40,000 nt of DNA from Acinetobacter lwoffii. Lineage in GTDB: Bacteria > Pseudomonadota > Gammaproteobacteria > Pseudomonadales > Moraxellaceae. Shown one piece after another: positions 9,701 to 18,735 of this stretch. The stretch's first letter is position 1. Each line of letters opens with the position of its first letter. Both the position numbers and the translations under genes were made by a program. The stretch is from contig NZ_JAMXXC010000018.1 in NCBI RefSeq assembly GCF_024129855.1, positions 1 to 40,000 of the forward strand, written 5' to 3'. The notes under the pieces are model-generated. The model saw only the letters and a program-made list of their open reading frames with translations. It made no database searches and was not told the origin of the DNA.

Positions 9701-10863
9701 GTGGTTTCACCCTGCTGCTGCAAGGTTTGTGGCAAACGGGTCTGCACACTTTGAATAATATGAAATTCCAGATAGGTCGTAAGCTGTTGCAGCTGCTCAT
9801 CCAGATACTGTTTGACCTCACACAGCGCATCAATTGCCACGATCAGACTATGTTGCAAAATCAGCTGCTGCTCTGCATCCGGACAGCTTTTGTTAAAGAC
9901 CTGAGTGGTCGGCTGGAAATCGGTTTTCTTGCGGCGCAAATGGCACAGATTCAGTAAAATAGGCTGCAATTCAGCATCAAAGAAACTCATTGTTCCTTGA
10001 GTTTTCAGGGCTGCGCTCCAGGTCATAAAGTTTTCACAAATTTCGGTTAACTTGGTCAAAAAACTCTTGTGAAAATACTTCGGACTTTCCTGACAATAAC
10101 GCCGCATGACGGCAAGATCATGGTCCTGAATATTCACTAATTGACTGATGCAGGCTTCCAATTTGTTCAGGTCACATTCAGCCGGTTCGATCTTCCGAAA
10201 ATGCTGCTTGCTGAAATTCAGGGCATCACGCACCAGCCCGGTATAATGCTCCACCGGTTTCAGCAGATTCTGGACATACAGATGATTGACCATATATTGT
10301 GGCTGTTGCTGAATCCAGTCACGCAGCACATCATGAATCAGCTGCTGGATATACAGATCCTGATCTTCGGTCAGTTCTGCACGTTCAATCTTGCCACTTT
10401 CAAATGCAAATTCACGTAACAGTTTCTGGCTAAAGCTGTCCAGGGTGCCGACAAACAGTTCGTCCAGCTGGTTCAGCACCAGACGTAAACGGCGACGGGC
10501 ATAATCCAGCCGTGAACCATAATCTTTCAGCACCTGCTGAAATAAAGGATCGGTTTCATTCTGGATTTTTGCTGTGATTTCAACTGAATTGAGCTGCTGA
10601 TGACGCTGGATATAAGCCAGCGTTTCCTCGACGCGAAGCCGTACCCGGTTTTTCAGTTCGGCCGTGGCCTTACGGGTAAATGTCGTCGCAATCACCTGAT
10701 GCGGATAATACTGGTCCAGAAAAATCCGCACCATCAGGCTGGAGAGCGTATAGGTCTTGCCGGTTCCTGCAGAGGCTTCAATCCAGTGCAGGCCACGGAA
10801 TTTCATGTCTTGAATCGGATTGGTGGAAATGGCTTTTTGCATCTGCTGCTTTAATAAAGTCAT
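6739..10863 (-). CDS. recB: Exodeoxyribonuclease V beta subunit (RecB helicase-nuclease)
   Basis: 1374 aa. Helicase motifs: ASAGTGKT, LVDEFQDT, GDPKQAIYGFRGGD, NHRS, TIHASKGLEF and VALTRA. The C-terminal PD-(D/E)xK nuclease motif is GSIDLVY...IADYKSN. It is longer than E. coli RecB (1180 aa). Confidence 0.95.
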   Translation of the reverse strand: MTLLKQQMQKAISTNPIQDMKFRGLHWIEASAGTGKTYTLSSLMVRIFLDQYYPHQVIATTFTRKATAELKNRVRLRVEETLAYIQRHQQLNSVEITAKIQNETDPLFQQVLKDYGSRLDYARRRLRLVLNQLDELFVGTLDSFSQKLLREFAFESGKIERAELTEDQDLYIQQLIHDVLRDWIQQQPQYMVNHLYVQNLLKPVEHYTGLVRDALNFSKQHFRKIEPAECDLNKLEACISQLVNIQDHDLAVMRRYCQESPKYFHKSFLTKLTEICENFMTWSAALKTQGTMSFFDAELQPILLNLCHLRRKKTDFQPTTQVFNKSCPDAEQQLILQHSLIVAIDALCEVKQYLDEQLQQLTTYLEFHIIQSVQTRLPQTLQQQGETTFSQQIRTLAEALQGQQGQRFAQFVQARYPLILVDEFQDTNQDQDDLLAKIWRDANRVQSGCMIMVGDPKQAIYGFRGGDMLTYNKAHADVRHKQGREYTLMQNHRSVKPLVEVVDALFQRQMDFGEQVQYTLIQAGSRPHPDLVDMGRINPQPLRWIQLGESDLEADQVAWKIRALLNQSAQQQLYFQQQEHQQSLSADDIAVLGFGHFALEQVKQRLQRMGIPSYKESKQSVFASPIAQDVAAVLTAIMDPFNEAKVKRALLTRLLGFNLKKLIDLQSQSEGLSRYIADLDIIREMWFEKGFLTAWNYALNLFQVWTNLVASQSLDNERVVVNLRHLTEMLSQQSEYYQGAQKLYHWYLRQLQSPSGKDSEKERKLSGDHGVQLMTIHASKGLEFKVVFLLGADAAFDVNKGNLNFSLSAPEQDNILEQSRVIAVNHKNLHEQAILQNAARNAAENHRLWYVALTRASHRVYAMLQDQNAQSDSGLAFWRGQGNTIFEHALSLVEPPLSQEPPRLVEQSNHHQVDMRAQPLPERQFYPRTKTSFTALSQHQLHGHILQDDLVTAYEQPDSAADEIHFTGLEEQPAAVPLDWIRLNFPKGTVAGTFLHSIFEHIDFQDSSYWNLEIRRRFKNTAPQIWQELKEKFEQAFHIRSVLEQAFSLHYQAAVVNLRTLFQATAQADFKAEELRHSMQRVLSSLNYKLLTGIRLHDQSKAYRQQWQQLFHSAQQLDRSGLLEFLGQFQVYFDGLEDDSFIQFFEQEVAQLTRSASTESLNVDSIFQTAFDGLLDEITEDILLNLMHDWVHDILATPIQVDFALAQLEAKQYLSEFPFYLSLTDAPLQIRQIHQLFLGHDIVMSDFNEAKSARYLTGSIDLVYFDGQRYHIADYKSNFLGPDQQHYSAEAIQQNMSQSSYWLQAALYLVALHRYLSANMQGYSITQHLGGATYLYLRGMNGQVQQGAYHWQPSLEFIEKLDQILGYFEQKKSA

Positions 10864-10867
10864 ACGG

Positions 10868-13800
10868 CTATTTCACCCACTCCAGATGTTGATGAATCGG
10901 CGCATACAGGCCATGAGCAAAATCATGGCAGCAATTTTGCAAGGCCAGATCCGGATCCTGATCCTGCAAAATAAATTGCCAGTCTTGATGCAGCAGACTG
11001 GATTCATCCGAAGCCAAAGGTTTGGCACTCTCATAGCTGTTGTTCCATGCCTTTAGCAATTCCGGCATTTCCACAATAGTCATTTTGCCATGTTCATTCT
11101 CGGCCCACTGCCACTCTTTTTTCATCAGTAATTCTGCCGGCAAGACCAGCGGCTGCTGTTGACCAATTTCCCAGGCCGTTAACCAGAGCTTCAAATACTC
11201 ATGTGCCTTGCTCGAACTCAAGCCAGAAAACTTCAGGGTTTTATTACTGAAAATGACAATGCGCTCCAGTTCTGGTGAGCGTGCATCGTCATTCAAGTAA
11301 GCCAGCCATAGCAGATACTCCAGCCAGATCTGGGCACGGCGTTTTTCCGAGGCCGAAGAGGATTGCATACTCAGCCAGTAGCTGCTGTGTGGAACCTGAG
11401 GCACGTTTATATGAATGATCAGTTCAGGACTGAACTGCAGGGATTGTTGGGTGACTGGCGTCAGTTCTTTGCCCAACTGTAGCAAACGTTCTTGCAATAA
11501 CTGCTGTTCCTGCTGGCTGCCCAGCCAGGTGGCTTGCTGGGTTTTGCCCACCGGCAAACGGTCTAGCATCAGGTTTGGCTCAATCTCCTGCTCTTGTTGT
11601 AACAGGAAATCCCGCACCTGATACTGTTCCAGCTTGTTCAATAATAAGGGTTCCCGGGAACTCGGCAAATCGGCATAGCGAATCGTGGAAACCCCGACAC
11701 TTTTCAGGAATAGACGTGCCGGGAAAATCATATCGCGGATCCATTCATCACCTTTGAGTACCCGGATTTCTTTTTGTTCTAGTGCCGGATAATGTGCATT
11801 AATCCAGCTGCTGCGTTTGCCTTCGGCGCTGCGGATATATTCTGCCACTGCAAACCACTGATCCTGATAACGTGGTGTCTGCATATCTGCGAATCCGGCT
11901 GGATCAAAAGGCTGCAAGGGATGTACATGATAAAGCTGCTGGATATGTTGAGCGACCGATAGACCATGAATATCCACCATCGGATCGACTTCGGCATCCG
12001 GCTGTTCAGACTGGCAGATCAGCGCGATATGCTGAACCAGTTCCTGCAAGGCAGTGGATGGATCACGAGCCTCACCATCCTCCAGATCAAAGCCATTATA
12101 GAACAGCCATAGATTTTCCTGTGCCAGCAGCAAGGCATCCAGAAAGGCGCCCTGCTCGTCATCCAGACGGGAACGGTCACCGAGTTGCGGCTTCAGGCTG
12201 CGCATCAGGTCAAACGGAACCTGTTGATTACGGCTCGGAAATTTACCGCTATCCAGATTCAGCATCACCACCAGTTTATAAGGCAATGGCCGGATCTGAC
12301 CAATCTGGCTAAAAGTAATCTGTCCGGTCGGTTCGGCCTGATCCAGCTGCATCTCCAGGGTATTCTGAATTTCTTCCAGCACATAAGGCAGAGGCAGACT
12401 GAGTGCCACCAGTTCCTGACTGGCATGCGGATCATCCTGGTCATGATAATCGGCCAAGGTCAGCATCCGCATTTGCTTGTCGATAATCTCGGCAACGGTT
12501 TTGAGCGATTCCACGCCAGCATCACGGAACTCGTTCAGATCGGCGCGCAGATATTCCAGCCAGGTTTTGACTGGCGTGCGCTGTCCGGTTTCATGCAAAG
12601 TCAGCCAGTCACGGCGCTCTACCAGATCCTGATAAATCCGGATCAGGGTGGATATCAAGGGAAAATCACTGGTCAGAACCTTGGCATAACTCAAGGTGTC
12701 CTGAAACAGGGTATGTTCAGGAATCGCCAGACCCAACGCCAGACGGTCCAGCGCGAATTTAAAGCTAAACCGGTAATCCTCATCGCCTGCGCTCAGACTT
12801 TGCTGTAAATGCTGCTGGTCCAATCCACGCTTGAAGCCAGCATCTGTCAGCAATTGTAACATCCGCTCTACCTGACTATAGTCCAGACCATAATACTGCT
12901 GGGTCGCATTCAGGCTGAGCCAGTCGGCAAAGTCCTCAATACTGAAACGGCGCCGTACCCACTGAATCCGGCCCAGTACCGCGCGCCAGGCATTGCTGAC
13001 ATCCAGACGCGACACCCCGGCAATCTGGATCGGTAAATATAGGTTATCTTTTTGCAGGCGTTTGCTGCCGGTTTCGCGCTCACGCGGTGGTGGCGCAAAG
13101 ACACTGCGAATTGTTGGTTCGAGTTCTTTCAGACTTGGCGTCAACACCAGAATATCACTGGGCTGACGCGGCGCTTCTTCATTGCCTTGAGCCAGCCAGT
13201 GAATCAGTTGTTCTTTGAGAACTTCCAGCTGACGTAATGAAGAATGACAGACATGAATCTGTACCGAATCATCATCAGGGCTTAAAGCATATTGATGCTG
13301 CTCGGGCTCGAGCAAATACAGGATATCCGACTGGATTTTGGCCAGCAGCCTGTCCTGATATTCATCCACAAAGACATCGGCCCAGAGACCCTCTTCCCCC
13401 GAAGACAGTTTAGAGAGTAGAGAAAAATGATCCCGTGCCTGCTTGCCGAATCGGGTCAGGAGCGGATGCCGCGATTCCCGGTCTTCGGCATTAAAGTTCA
13501 GCTGCTTGATCCTGAAATCTTTTATTTCCGCATCATTCGGTTTACGTTGACGGGTTTTTTCAAAACGCTGAATAAAGCGCTCTTCCCGCTGCAAATCAAA
13601 TCTGGCTTTCCAGTCCGGATCGACACTGTCGGCCCAGTATTCCTGCGAGGGGTTGAAGTGAAAAATATAGATATCAATGTACTGGCCCAGACGGCGTAAA
13701 AAATCCAGCTGGCTCGGTGGCAATTCTAACAGGCTAAACACCACAATCTGTGCCGGCAGTCGTTTCAGAGCTTGGGCCCGGGTCTCTGCATTTTCCAGCC

Positions 13801-14572
13801 GATCCCAATACAGGCGTTCAATCTCCAGGATTTTGGCATAGTCATCCTGAAATACATGCTGCCACAACCAGCGTTGCCAGGCTTCCAGTTCACGCGCCTG
13901 AATCTTGACAAAATCCGCCACCTGCATCTCATGGCCATTTTCATCTTTGGGGCTATAGATCATCTGTTCGATATCAAGCGCAATATCCTGTCCCCAGGCC
14001 TCGAGCCAGTTACTCGGACAACTGCAGTTGTTTGGAGGACAGTTACGCGCGCAATAACCGCGATAATCCATATAATGACTGAACAAACGTGACACCTGCT
14101 CCGCCACCCAGTATAGCATGCTCTGTTTTTTCAGCTGTTTTTCTGTGCCCTGTTCCAGCCGGTCGGCACTGTCATAAATCCGCTTCACAATGGAATACAG
14201 TGGATGATCGACATCTAAAGGAATCTGTTCAGGCAGAATGCATTTTCGCAGCGCCTGAAACACGCGCCATTTGATGATAATACGCGGAATATTGGCTTCA
14301 CGGACCTGCTCTACTTCTTTGGGAGCATTCAATACCCACTGATAAGAGGTCCATTGAAAGGCGCGAATCCGGTGATGAAACTGGGTATTGGCGCTAATGC
14401 CTTTTTTCTCGGCAATTTTCTGGGTCAGCCAAGTTTCTACAGCCGGAGATGGCACAATAAAATGCCGGGTTTGTAACACCTCAAATGGATTCCGGGCAGT
14501 CTGGTTGACAATACGCAGCATACTATCCAAAAGCACATCAATACGTTGACTCTGAATAACATGGATGGCCAT
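10868..14572 (-). CDS. recC: Exodeoxyribonuclease V gamma subunit (RecC)
   Basis: 1234 aa. The N-terminus MAIHVIQSQRIDVLL parallels E. coli RecC MLRVYHSNRLDVL. Its stop lies 4 nt before the recB start, giving the canonical recC-recB-recD order. Confidence 0.9.
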   Translation of the reverse strand: MAIHVIQSQRIDVLLDSMLRIVNQTARNPFEVLQTRHFIVPSPAVETWLTQKIAEKKGISANTQFHHRIRAFQWTSYQWVLNAPKEVEQVREANIPRIIIKWRVFQALRKCILPEQIPLDVDHPLYSIVKRIYDSADRLEQGTEKQLKKQSMLYWVAEQVSRLFSHYMDYRGYCARNCPPNNCSCPSNWLEAWGQDIALDIEQMIYSPKDENGHEMQVADFVKIQARELEAWQRWLWQHVFQDDYAKILEIERLYWDRLENAETRAQALKRLPAQIVVFSLLELPPSQLDFLRRLGQYIDIYIFHFNPSQEYWADSVDPDWKARFDLQREERFIQRFEKTRQRKPNDAEIKDFRIKQLNFNAEDRESRHPLLTRFGKQARDHFSLLSKLSSGEEGLWADVFVDEYQDRLLAKIQSDILYLLEPEQHQYALSPDDDSVQIHVCHSSLRQLEVLKEQLIHWLAQGNEEAPRQPSDILVLTPSLKELEPTIRSVFAPPPRERETGSKRLQKDNLYLPIQIAGVSRLDVSNAWRAVLGRIQWVRRRFSIEDFADWLSLNATQQYYGLDYSQVERMLQLLTDAGFKRGLDQQHLQQSLSAGDEDYRFSFKFALDRLALGLAIPEHTLFQDTLSYAKVLTSDFPLISTLIRIYQDLVERRDWLTLHETGQRTPVKTWLEYLRADLNEFRDAGVESLKTVAEIIDKQMRMLTLADYHDQDDPHASQELVALSLPLPYVLEEIQNTLEMQLDQAEPTGQITFSQIGQIRPLPYKLVVMLNLDSGKFPSRNQQVPFDLMRSLKPQLGDRSRLDDEQGAFLDALLLAQENLWLFYNGFDLEDGEARDPSTALQELVQHIALICQSEQPDAEVDPMVDIHGLSVAQHIQQLYHVHPLQPFDPAGFADMQTPRYQDQWFAVAEYIRSAEGKRSSWINAHYPALEQKEIRVLKGDEWIRDMIFPARLFLKSVGVSTIRYADLPSSREPLLLNKLEQYQVRDFLLQQEQEIEPNLMLDRLPVGKTQQATWLGSQQEQQLLQERLLQLGKELTPVTQQSLQFSPELIIHINVPQVPHSSYWLSMQSSSASEKRRAQIWLEYLLWLAYLNDDARSPELERIVIFSNKTLKFSGLSSSKAHEYLKLWLTAWEIGQQQPLVLPAELLMKKEWQWAENEHGKMTIVEMPELLKAWNNSYESAKPLASDESSLLHQDWQFILQDQDPDLALQNCCHDFAHGLYAPIHQHLEWVK

Positions 14573-14693
14573 TGGTTCCCCTGAACTGCTGAATGTGGTT
14601 CTTACTACAAAACGATAAAGATTATTTACTATACATCCCGAACGCGCTATGACACTTTAAAACCACACTTCAGTCGAAAAATTTCTTTGAAAA

Positions 14694-14712
14694 AAGCATC
14701 TTAAAGATGCTT
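14694..14712. promoter_or_regulatory. Perfect 19-bp palindrome (candidate operator) in the recC / DUF697 divergent region
   Basis: AAGCATCTT-A-AAGATGCTT has 9-bp perfect arms. It lies about 37 nt upstream of the ATG at 14749 and has no flanking T-run, so it does not look like a terminator. Confidence 0.3.
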
Positions 14713-14748
14713 GAATAGAAAAAACAACATAGAGCTTAGGTAGTGCCC

Positions 14749-15249
14749 ATGAAATTAGATAAAATTCCTGAACGTCTCGATCCGAGCCTAGATTTAGAAC
14801 AAATCCGCGACGAATGCCTGGAACTCACCAAAAAACGCGCCTACTATTCTGCTGGTGCTGCCGTGATTCCGGTACCTTTTATGGACGTGGTCATTGATGT
14901 CGGCATCTTGTCGCAATTGATTCCCGAGATCAATGCCCGCTTCGGCCTGTCCCCTGAGCAGATCAGTGTCTACGATCCGAAAACCCGTCAGATTCACTGG
15001 CAAGAGCTGCGTAAACGTGGCGTAGAATTTTCCGGTCTGGTGGTCGCACGTACGGCAGTTAAAAAATCTTTGAACAATGTTGCAGCGAAAGTGATGATAA
15101 AGCAAGTCACAAAATTCATTCCGCTGGGTGGTCAGCTGGTGGCCGCAAGTCTGGGTTATTTTGTCATGAAAAAAATTGCCGATGCTCATGTGCAAGACTG
15201 CTATCGCACCGCTAAAAGTATTCAGCAAAAACAGGTCGCCCAAGGTTAA
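14749..15249 (+). CDS. DUF697-like conserved hypothetical protein
   Basis: About 166 aa. The segment YYSAGAAVIPVPFMDVVIDVGILSQLIPEINARFGLS fits the DUF697 signature (A-x-P-x-P-x-x-D...Q...I...G). The start could be the ATG at 14749 or the GTG at 14743. Confidence 0.5.
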   Translation: MKLDKIPERLDPSLDLEQIRDECLELTKKRAYYSAGAAVIPVPFMDVVIDVGILSQLIPEINARFGLSPEQISVYDPKTRQIHWQELRKRGVEFSGLVVARTAVKKSLNNVAAKVMIKQVTKFIPLGGQLVAASLGYFVMKKIADAHVQDCYRTAKSIQQKQVAQG

Positions 15250-15303
15250 TCCTGTTTAAGCTAAATATTTTTAAACTGTTTAAAATTCTCTACTTCAGGC
15301 AGA

Positions 15304-16722
15304 TTATTCTGCCTGAAGTTGTTTTAAAATAGCCTTTAGTACTTCGACCCGTGCGGTATGTTTATCATCAGACGCGATAATGTGCCAAGGCGCTTCCTCA
15401 GTCGAAGTATGTTCAAACATATCGGCTGCCGCTTTCAGATAATCATCCCAGCGTTCCCGGTTACGCCAGTCTTCTTCAGTAATTTTAAAACGCTTATGTG
15501 GTGTATCTTCACGCGCCTTGAACCGTGCTGCCTGTTCCTCTTTAGAAATGGCCAGCCAGATTTTCACAATCACCGTTTGATGCTTGACCAGGCTCTGTTC
15601 AAAACGGTTAATTTCCGCATAAGCTCGCTGCCATTCTACCGGACTAGAAAACCCTTCTACCCGTTCTACCAATACCCGACCATACCAGGAACGGTCAAAA
15701 ATGCAGATATCATCATCGGTTTGCAGCTTGGTCCAGAAGCGCCATAAATAAGGACGGCTCAGCTCATATTTTTCTGGTGCGGCAATGGTATGAATTTCAT
15801 ATTCACGTGGATCCAGTTTTTTGACAATCCGCTTGATCGCGCCGCCCTTGCCAGCAGCATCCATGCCCTCAAACAGAATTACCACATTACGCGAATCGGA
15901 ACGCATGGCTTTGGCGACCTTCGCGGTTAATTTTTTTAGTTCCGGTTTGTAATCTTCTGGCTGGGCTTGAGTCTTGGAAGGATGTTTTAACTGCTCGGGA
16001 ATCTTGGCCTGTTTCCATCTTCCCTTGGCTCTGGCGGGATGATCCGGACAATGTTTCAAGGCACTCAGGATATACTGGGCAAATTGCTGGTCGCGCTGCT
16101 GCTCATCTTCGCCATCAATAATGAACCAGTCCTCGGTAAAGCGCTGACGCAGGCGCTGCAAGGTGTCATATTCTTTGCGATTGCGCCAGTCCAGACCATG
16201 CAGTTGATGCCAGTGAGTTTCACTCGGATCCATGGCATCCAGACGTTTTTGCAAGACTTTCCAGGACAGGTCAAACCAGACCTTGATCACATCGACATGG
16301 TTATTTTTCAGGTCCTGTTCAAAGGCCTGCATCTCTTGCAGATATTCATCAAACTGTGCATCACTCAGCGGGCTTTCAGCTTGCATGGCACTGCCAAGCA
16401 GATCACTGTACCAGTTACCAAACAGCACCATGATCTGGCCTTCGGCAGGAATAAAACGTGCATAAGGTTGCCACAAGGTCTGCTTCGGGCCGGCTAGCTG
16501 AGGCTTATCGGCTTTCACACGCAAATAGCGCGGATCGACCCATTCACGTAGCTGTTTGACCGCTTCACCCTTGCCGGCCAGCTCAATGCCATTCACCAGA
16601 ATCACCAGACTTTTGGCATTTTTCTGGCCCCGGGTCTTTTTTAAATTATATTGGGCATCAATCAGCTCGACAGACAGCTGATCTTCATCCATTAACTGAA
16701 ATTGTGGCTGTTCCATACGCAT
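15304..16722 (-). CDS. pap: Polyphosphate:AMP phosphotransferase (two-domain PPK2 family)
   Basis: About 472 aa with two tandem PPK2 domains (GIELAGKGEAVKQLREWVDPR and GMDAAGKGGAIKRIVKKLDPREY). It is near-collinear with the 475-aa A. johnsonii 210A PAP as I recall it. The start is ambiguous: TTG 16728, ATG 16722 or ATG 16716. Confidence 0.85.
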   Translation of the reverse strand: MRMEQPQFQLMDEDQLSVELIDAQYNLKKTRGQKNAKSLVILVNGIELAGKGEAVKQLREWVDPRYLRVKADKPQLAGPKQTLWQPYARFIPAEGQIMVLFGNWYSDLLGSAMQAESPLSDAQFDEYLQEMQAFEQDLKNNHVDVIKVWFDLSWKVLQKRLDAMDPSETHWHQLHGLDWRNRKEYDTLQRLRQRFTEDWFIIDGEDEQQRDQQFAQYILSALKHCPDHPARAKGRWKQAKIPEQLKHPSKTQAQPEDYKPELKKLTAKVAKAMRSDSRNVVILFEGMDAAGKGGAIKRIVKKLDPREYEIHTIAAPEKYELSRPYLWRFWTKLQTDDDICIFDRSWYGRVLVERVEGFSSPVEWQRAYAEINRFEQSLVKHQTVIVKIWLAISKEEQAARFKAREDTPHKRFKITEEDWRNRERWDDYLKAAADMFEHTSTEEAPWHIIASDDKHTARVEVLKAILKQLQAE

Positions 16723-16927
16723 CTTCAACCCTGATCTTTTATTCTGTCTGCAGTATAGCGAGGAGTTTCAGCCCAAAAATAGCTCTAGCAACGTTTTTCA
16801 CACGATTAAATTGGCTATTTAAACAACAGATTGACATACAAATGCCCGATCTCTGTTCAATTTGTCATAGCAGGATTGTCCGGCAGCCTCTAAGATTCTT
16901 GCATCCTCCAATCATAATTGAAGCCTC

Positions 16928-17632
16928 ATGTCCAAACTTGCCGTACTCGATGATCTTTTAGCGCATTATTATCAACTGGCTTATCACACCCGGCCTGACA
17001 TTCTAAGCCGTTTAGAGGATGTGCAAGCCTGGCAGAAAGTCCGCATGCAGCGCACCCATCGCGCCCATTTTGCTGAAAAACAAAACCTGTTGATGTCCGA
17101 GTATTTCCTGAACCGTCTCTACGGCGGCGCTGACTTTGATGCGCTGGCAGAACAGATTGCCCGGCTGATGAAATATGCGCATAAAGCAGAAAAAGTTATT
17201 CCGGAAAATGCCATTAAAACCGGCACCTCAGGTGTAGAGCTGGCTATTTTGGCGGTACAGCTCGATGAACAGGTCGCGATTCAGTTATTACAGGATTATC
17301 ATCCACATGAACCGCTGACTGACGAGATGATGCGCCTGACCTATTTGAAGCTGGATCAGGGTGAAGCACGCCTAAAACAGCTGGCTCTGCTGGATCAGCT
17401 CGGTATGAGTCTGGATAAATATATGCGTTCATTTGTGGTCTATACCGCCTTTAAAATGTGTAAGGGCGCAGCGAATAAATATAACTTTCAGGTAATGTAT
17501 GAATTTATGCAGGATGGTTTTCTGGCCATGAAGCCACTCAAATCGGCAGAAAAATTTGTACGCGCGTTCACGGCAACCGAACGCCAGATTATCGATAAAG
17601 TACATTCTGGCGATCCGCTACCGTTTCAGTAA
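16928..17632 (+). CDS. Conserved hypothetical protein (possibly the FFLEELY-motif family)
   Basis: 234 aa, clean ORF with genome-typical composition. The motif SEYFLNRLYGG resembles the FFLEELY motif. The family assignment rests on memory only. Confidence 0.35.
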   Translation: MSKLAVLDDLLAHYYQLAYHTRPDILSRLEDVQAWQKVRMQRTHRAHFAEKQNLLMSEYFLNRLYGGADFDALAEQIARLMKYAHKAEKVIPENAIKTGTSGVELAILAVQLDEQVAIQLLQDYHPHEPLTDEMMRLTYLKLDQGEARLKQLALLDQLGMSLDKYMRSFVVYTAFKMCKGAANKYNFQVMYEFMQDGFLAMKPLKSAEKFVRAFTATERQIIDKVHSGDPLPFQ

Positions 17633-17778
17633 ATACCCGATGAGTATTTCTGCCAAGCGTGAATTTTTCTGTATATTATTCATAACAATTGCATCATGAT
17701 TGCTGAATAAGCCTTTAGAATCTGTCATGATGCAGACAATGCAAGATTAACCCGATTGATATGTTAGGAGTGACTCCA

Positions 17779-18723
17779 ATGTCGAATGAAAATACAACGC
17801 CTACCCCTACCCCCGAGTCGGCACAACAGACAGACAAAGTGAGCCCATTCTTAACTGAACCCCTTCCACAAGGCACCCCGCAAGGTCAGCAACAATCTTT
17901 AGAACAACGTCTGACTGACACGCCTGTGACGGGTACTGTGCCTAAATACAATCTGCCACGCGGTGCCAATACAGGCAACGTCGGCTCAACCACGCACTTT
18001 GGCTATCAAACTGTCAACAGCGAAGAAAAAGCCCAGAAAGTCGCAGAAGTGTTCCACTCGGTGGCGAGCAAATACGACATCATGAATGATCTGATGTCTT
18101 TTGGTATTCATCGCCTGTGGAAGCGTTTTGCAATCAATATGTCAGGTGTACGCCGTGGCCAGCATGTGCTGGATATCGCGGGTGGTACTGGCGACTTGGC
18201 TAAAGTCTTTAGCCGCGAAGTGGGCCCGACGGGTCATGTGGTACTGTCTGATATTAACGAATCCATGCTGAATGTCGGTCGTGACCGTCTGATTGATGCG
18301 GGCTGTACCAATGTTGATTTCGTTCTGGCCAATGCCGAAACCTTAGAACCATTTGCAGACAACAGCTTTGACCTTTTGACGATTTCTTTCGGTCTGCGTA
18401 ACGTGACCGATAAAGATGCGGCACTGGCTGCGATGTACCGCGTCCTTAAGCCAGGTGGCCGTTTACTGGTTCTAGAATTTTCTAAACCAGTGTTTGAGCC
18501 ATTCTCTAAGCTGTATGACCTTTATTCGTTCACGGCATTGCCAATCATGGGTAAAATCATTGCCAATGATGCAGAAAGCTATAAATACCTAGCTGAATCG
18601 ATCCGTATGCATCCAGATCAGCGCACCCTGAAAGGCATGATGGAAAATGCTGGCTTCCAGAATTGTGACTATCACAACCTGACTGGCGGGATTGTTGCGG
18701 TTCACCGCGGTTTCAAACTTTAA
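17779..18723 (+). CDS. ubiE: Ubiquinone/menaquinone biosynthesis C-methyltransferase UbiE
   Basis: ATG at 17779 follows AGGAG. The core TTHFGYQTV...[26 protein letters not shown]...LDIAGGTGD matches E. coli UbiE. About 63 aa of P/T/Q-rich N-terminal extension precedes it. Confidence 0.92.
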   Translation: MSNENTTPTPTPESAQQTDKVSPFLTEPLPQGTPQGQQQSLEQRLTDTPVTGTVPKYNLPRGANTGNVGSTTHFGYQTVNSEEKAQKVAEVFHSVASKYDIMNDLMSFGIHRLWKRFAINMSGVRRGQHVLDIAGGTGDLAKVFSREVGPTGHVVLSDINESMLNVGRDRLIDAGCTNVDFVLANAETLEPFADNSFDLLTISFGLRNVTDKDAALAAMYRVLKPGGRLLVLEFSKPVFEPFSKLYDLYSFTALPIMGKIIANDAESYKYLAESIRMHPDQRTLKGMMENAGFQNCDYHNLTGGIVAVHRGFKL

Positions 18724-18735
18724 GGTTCCTTGCCT

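Noticed and set aside
6000-14274. Many + strand ORFs, plus a few minus-strand out-of-frame ORFs (e.g. 9609..9833, 11779..11997, 12910..13104), overlapping recD, recB and recC (e.g. 6775..7221, 9388..9957, 12185..12808, 13772..14092)
   Set aside because: All are nested in the recCBD coding sequences, either on the opposite strand or out of frame. Their composition is typical of antisense or off-frame translation of a Q/L-rich gene, and none has independent signals.
14794-15243. 149-aa minus-strand ORF overlapping the DUF697-like gene
   Set aside because: It is fully antisense to the + strand ORF, which carries the DUF697-like signature. It has no start context and would collide with the recC promoter region.
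15358-16497. + strand ORFs (and the out-of-frame minus-strand ORF 16065..16274) inside pap (15358..15747, 16039..16497, 16232..16465), and 16704..16961 spanning its start
   Set aside because: They are shadow ORFs of the well-supported PPK2 gene. 16704..16961 crosses the divergent promoter region and overlaps two real gene starts.
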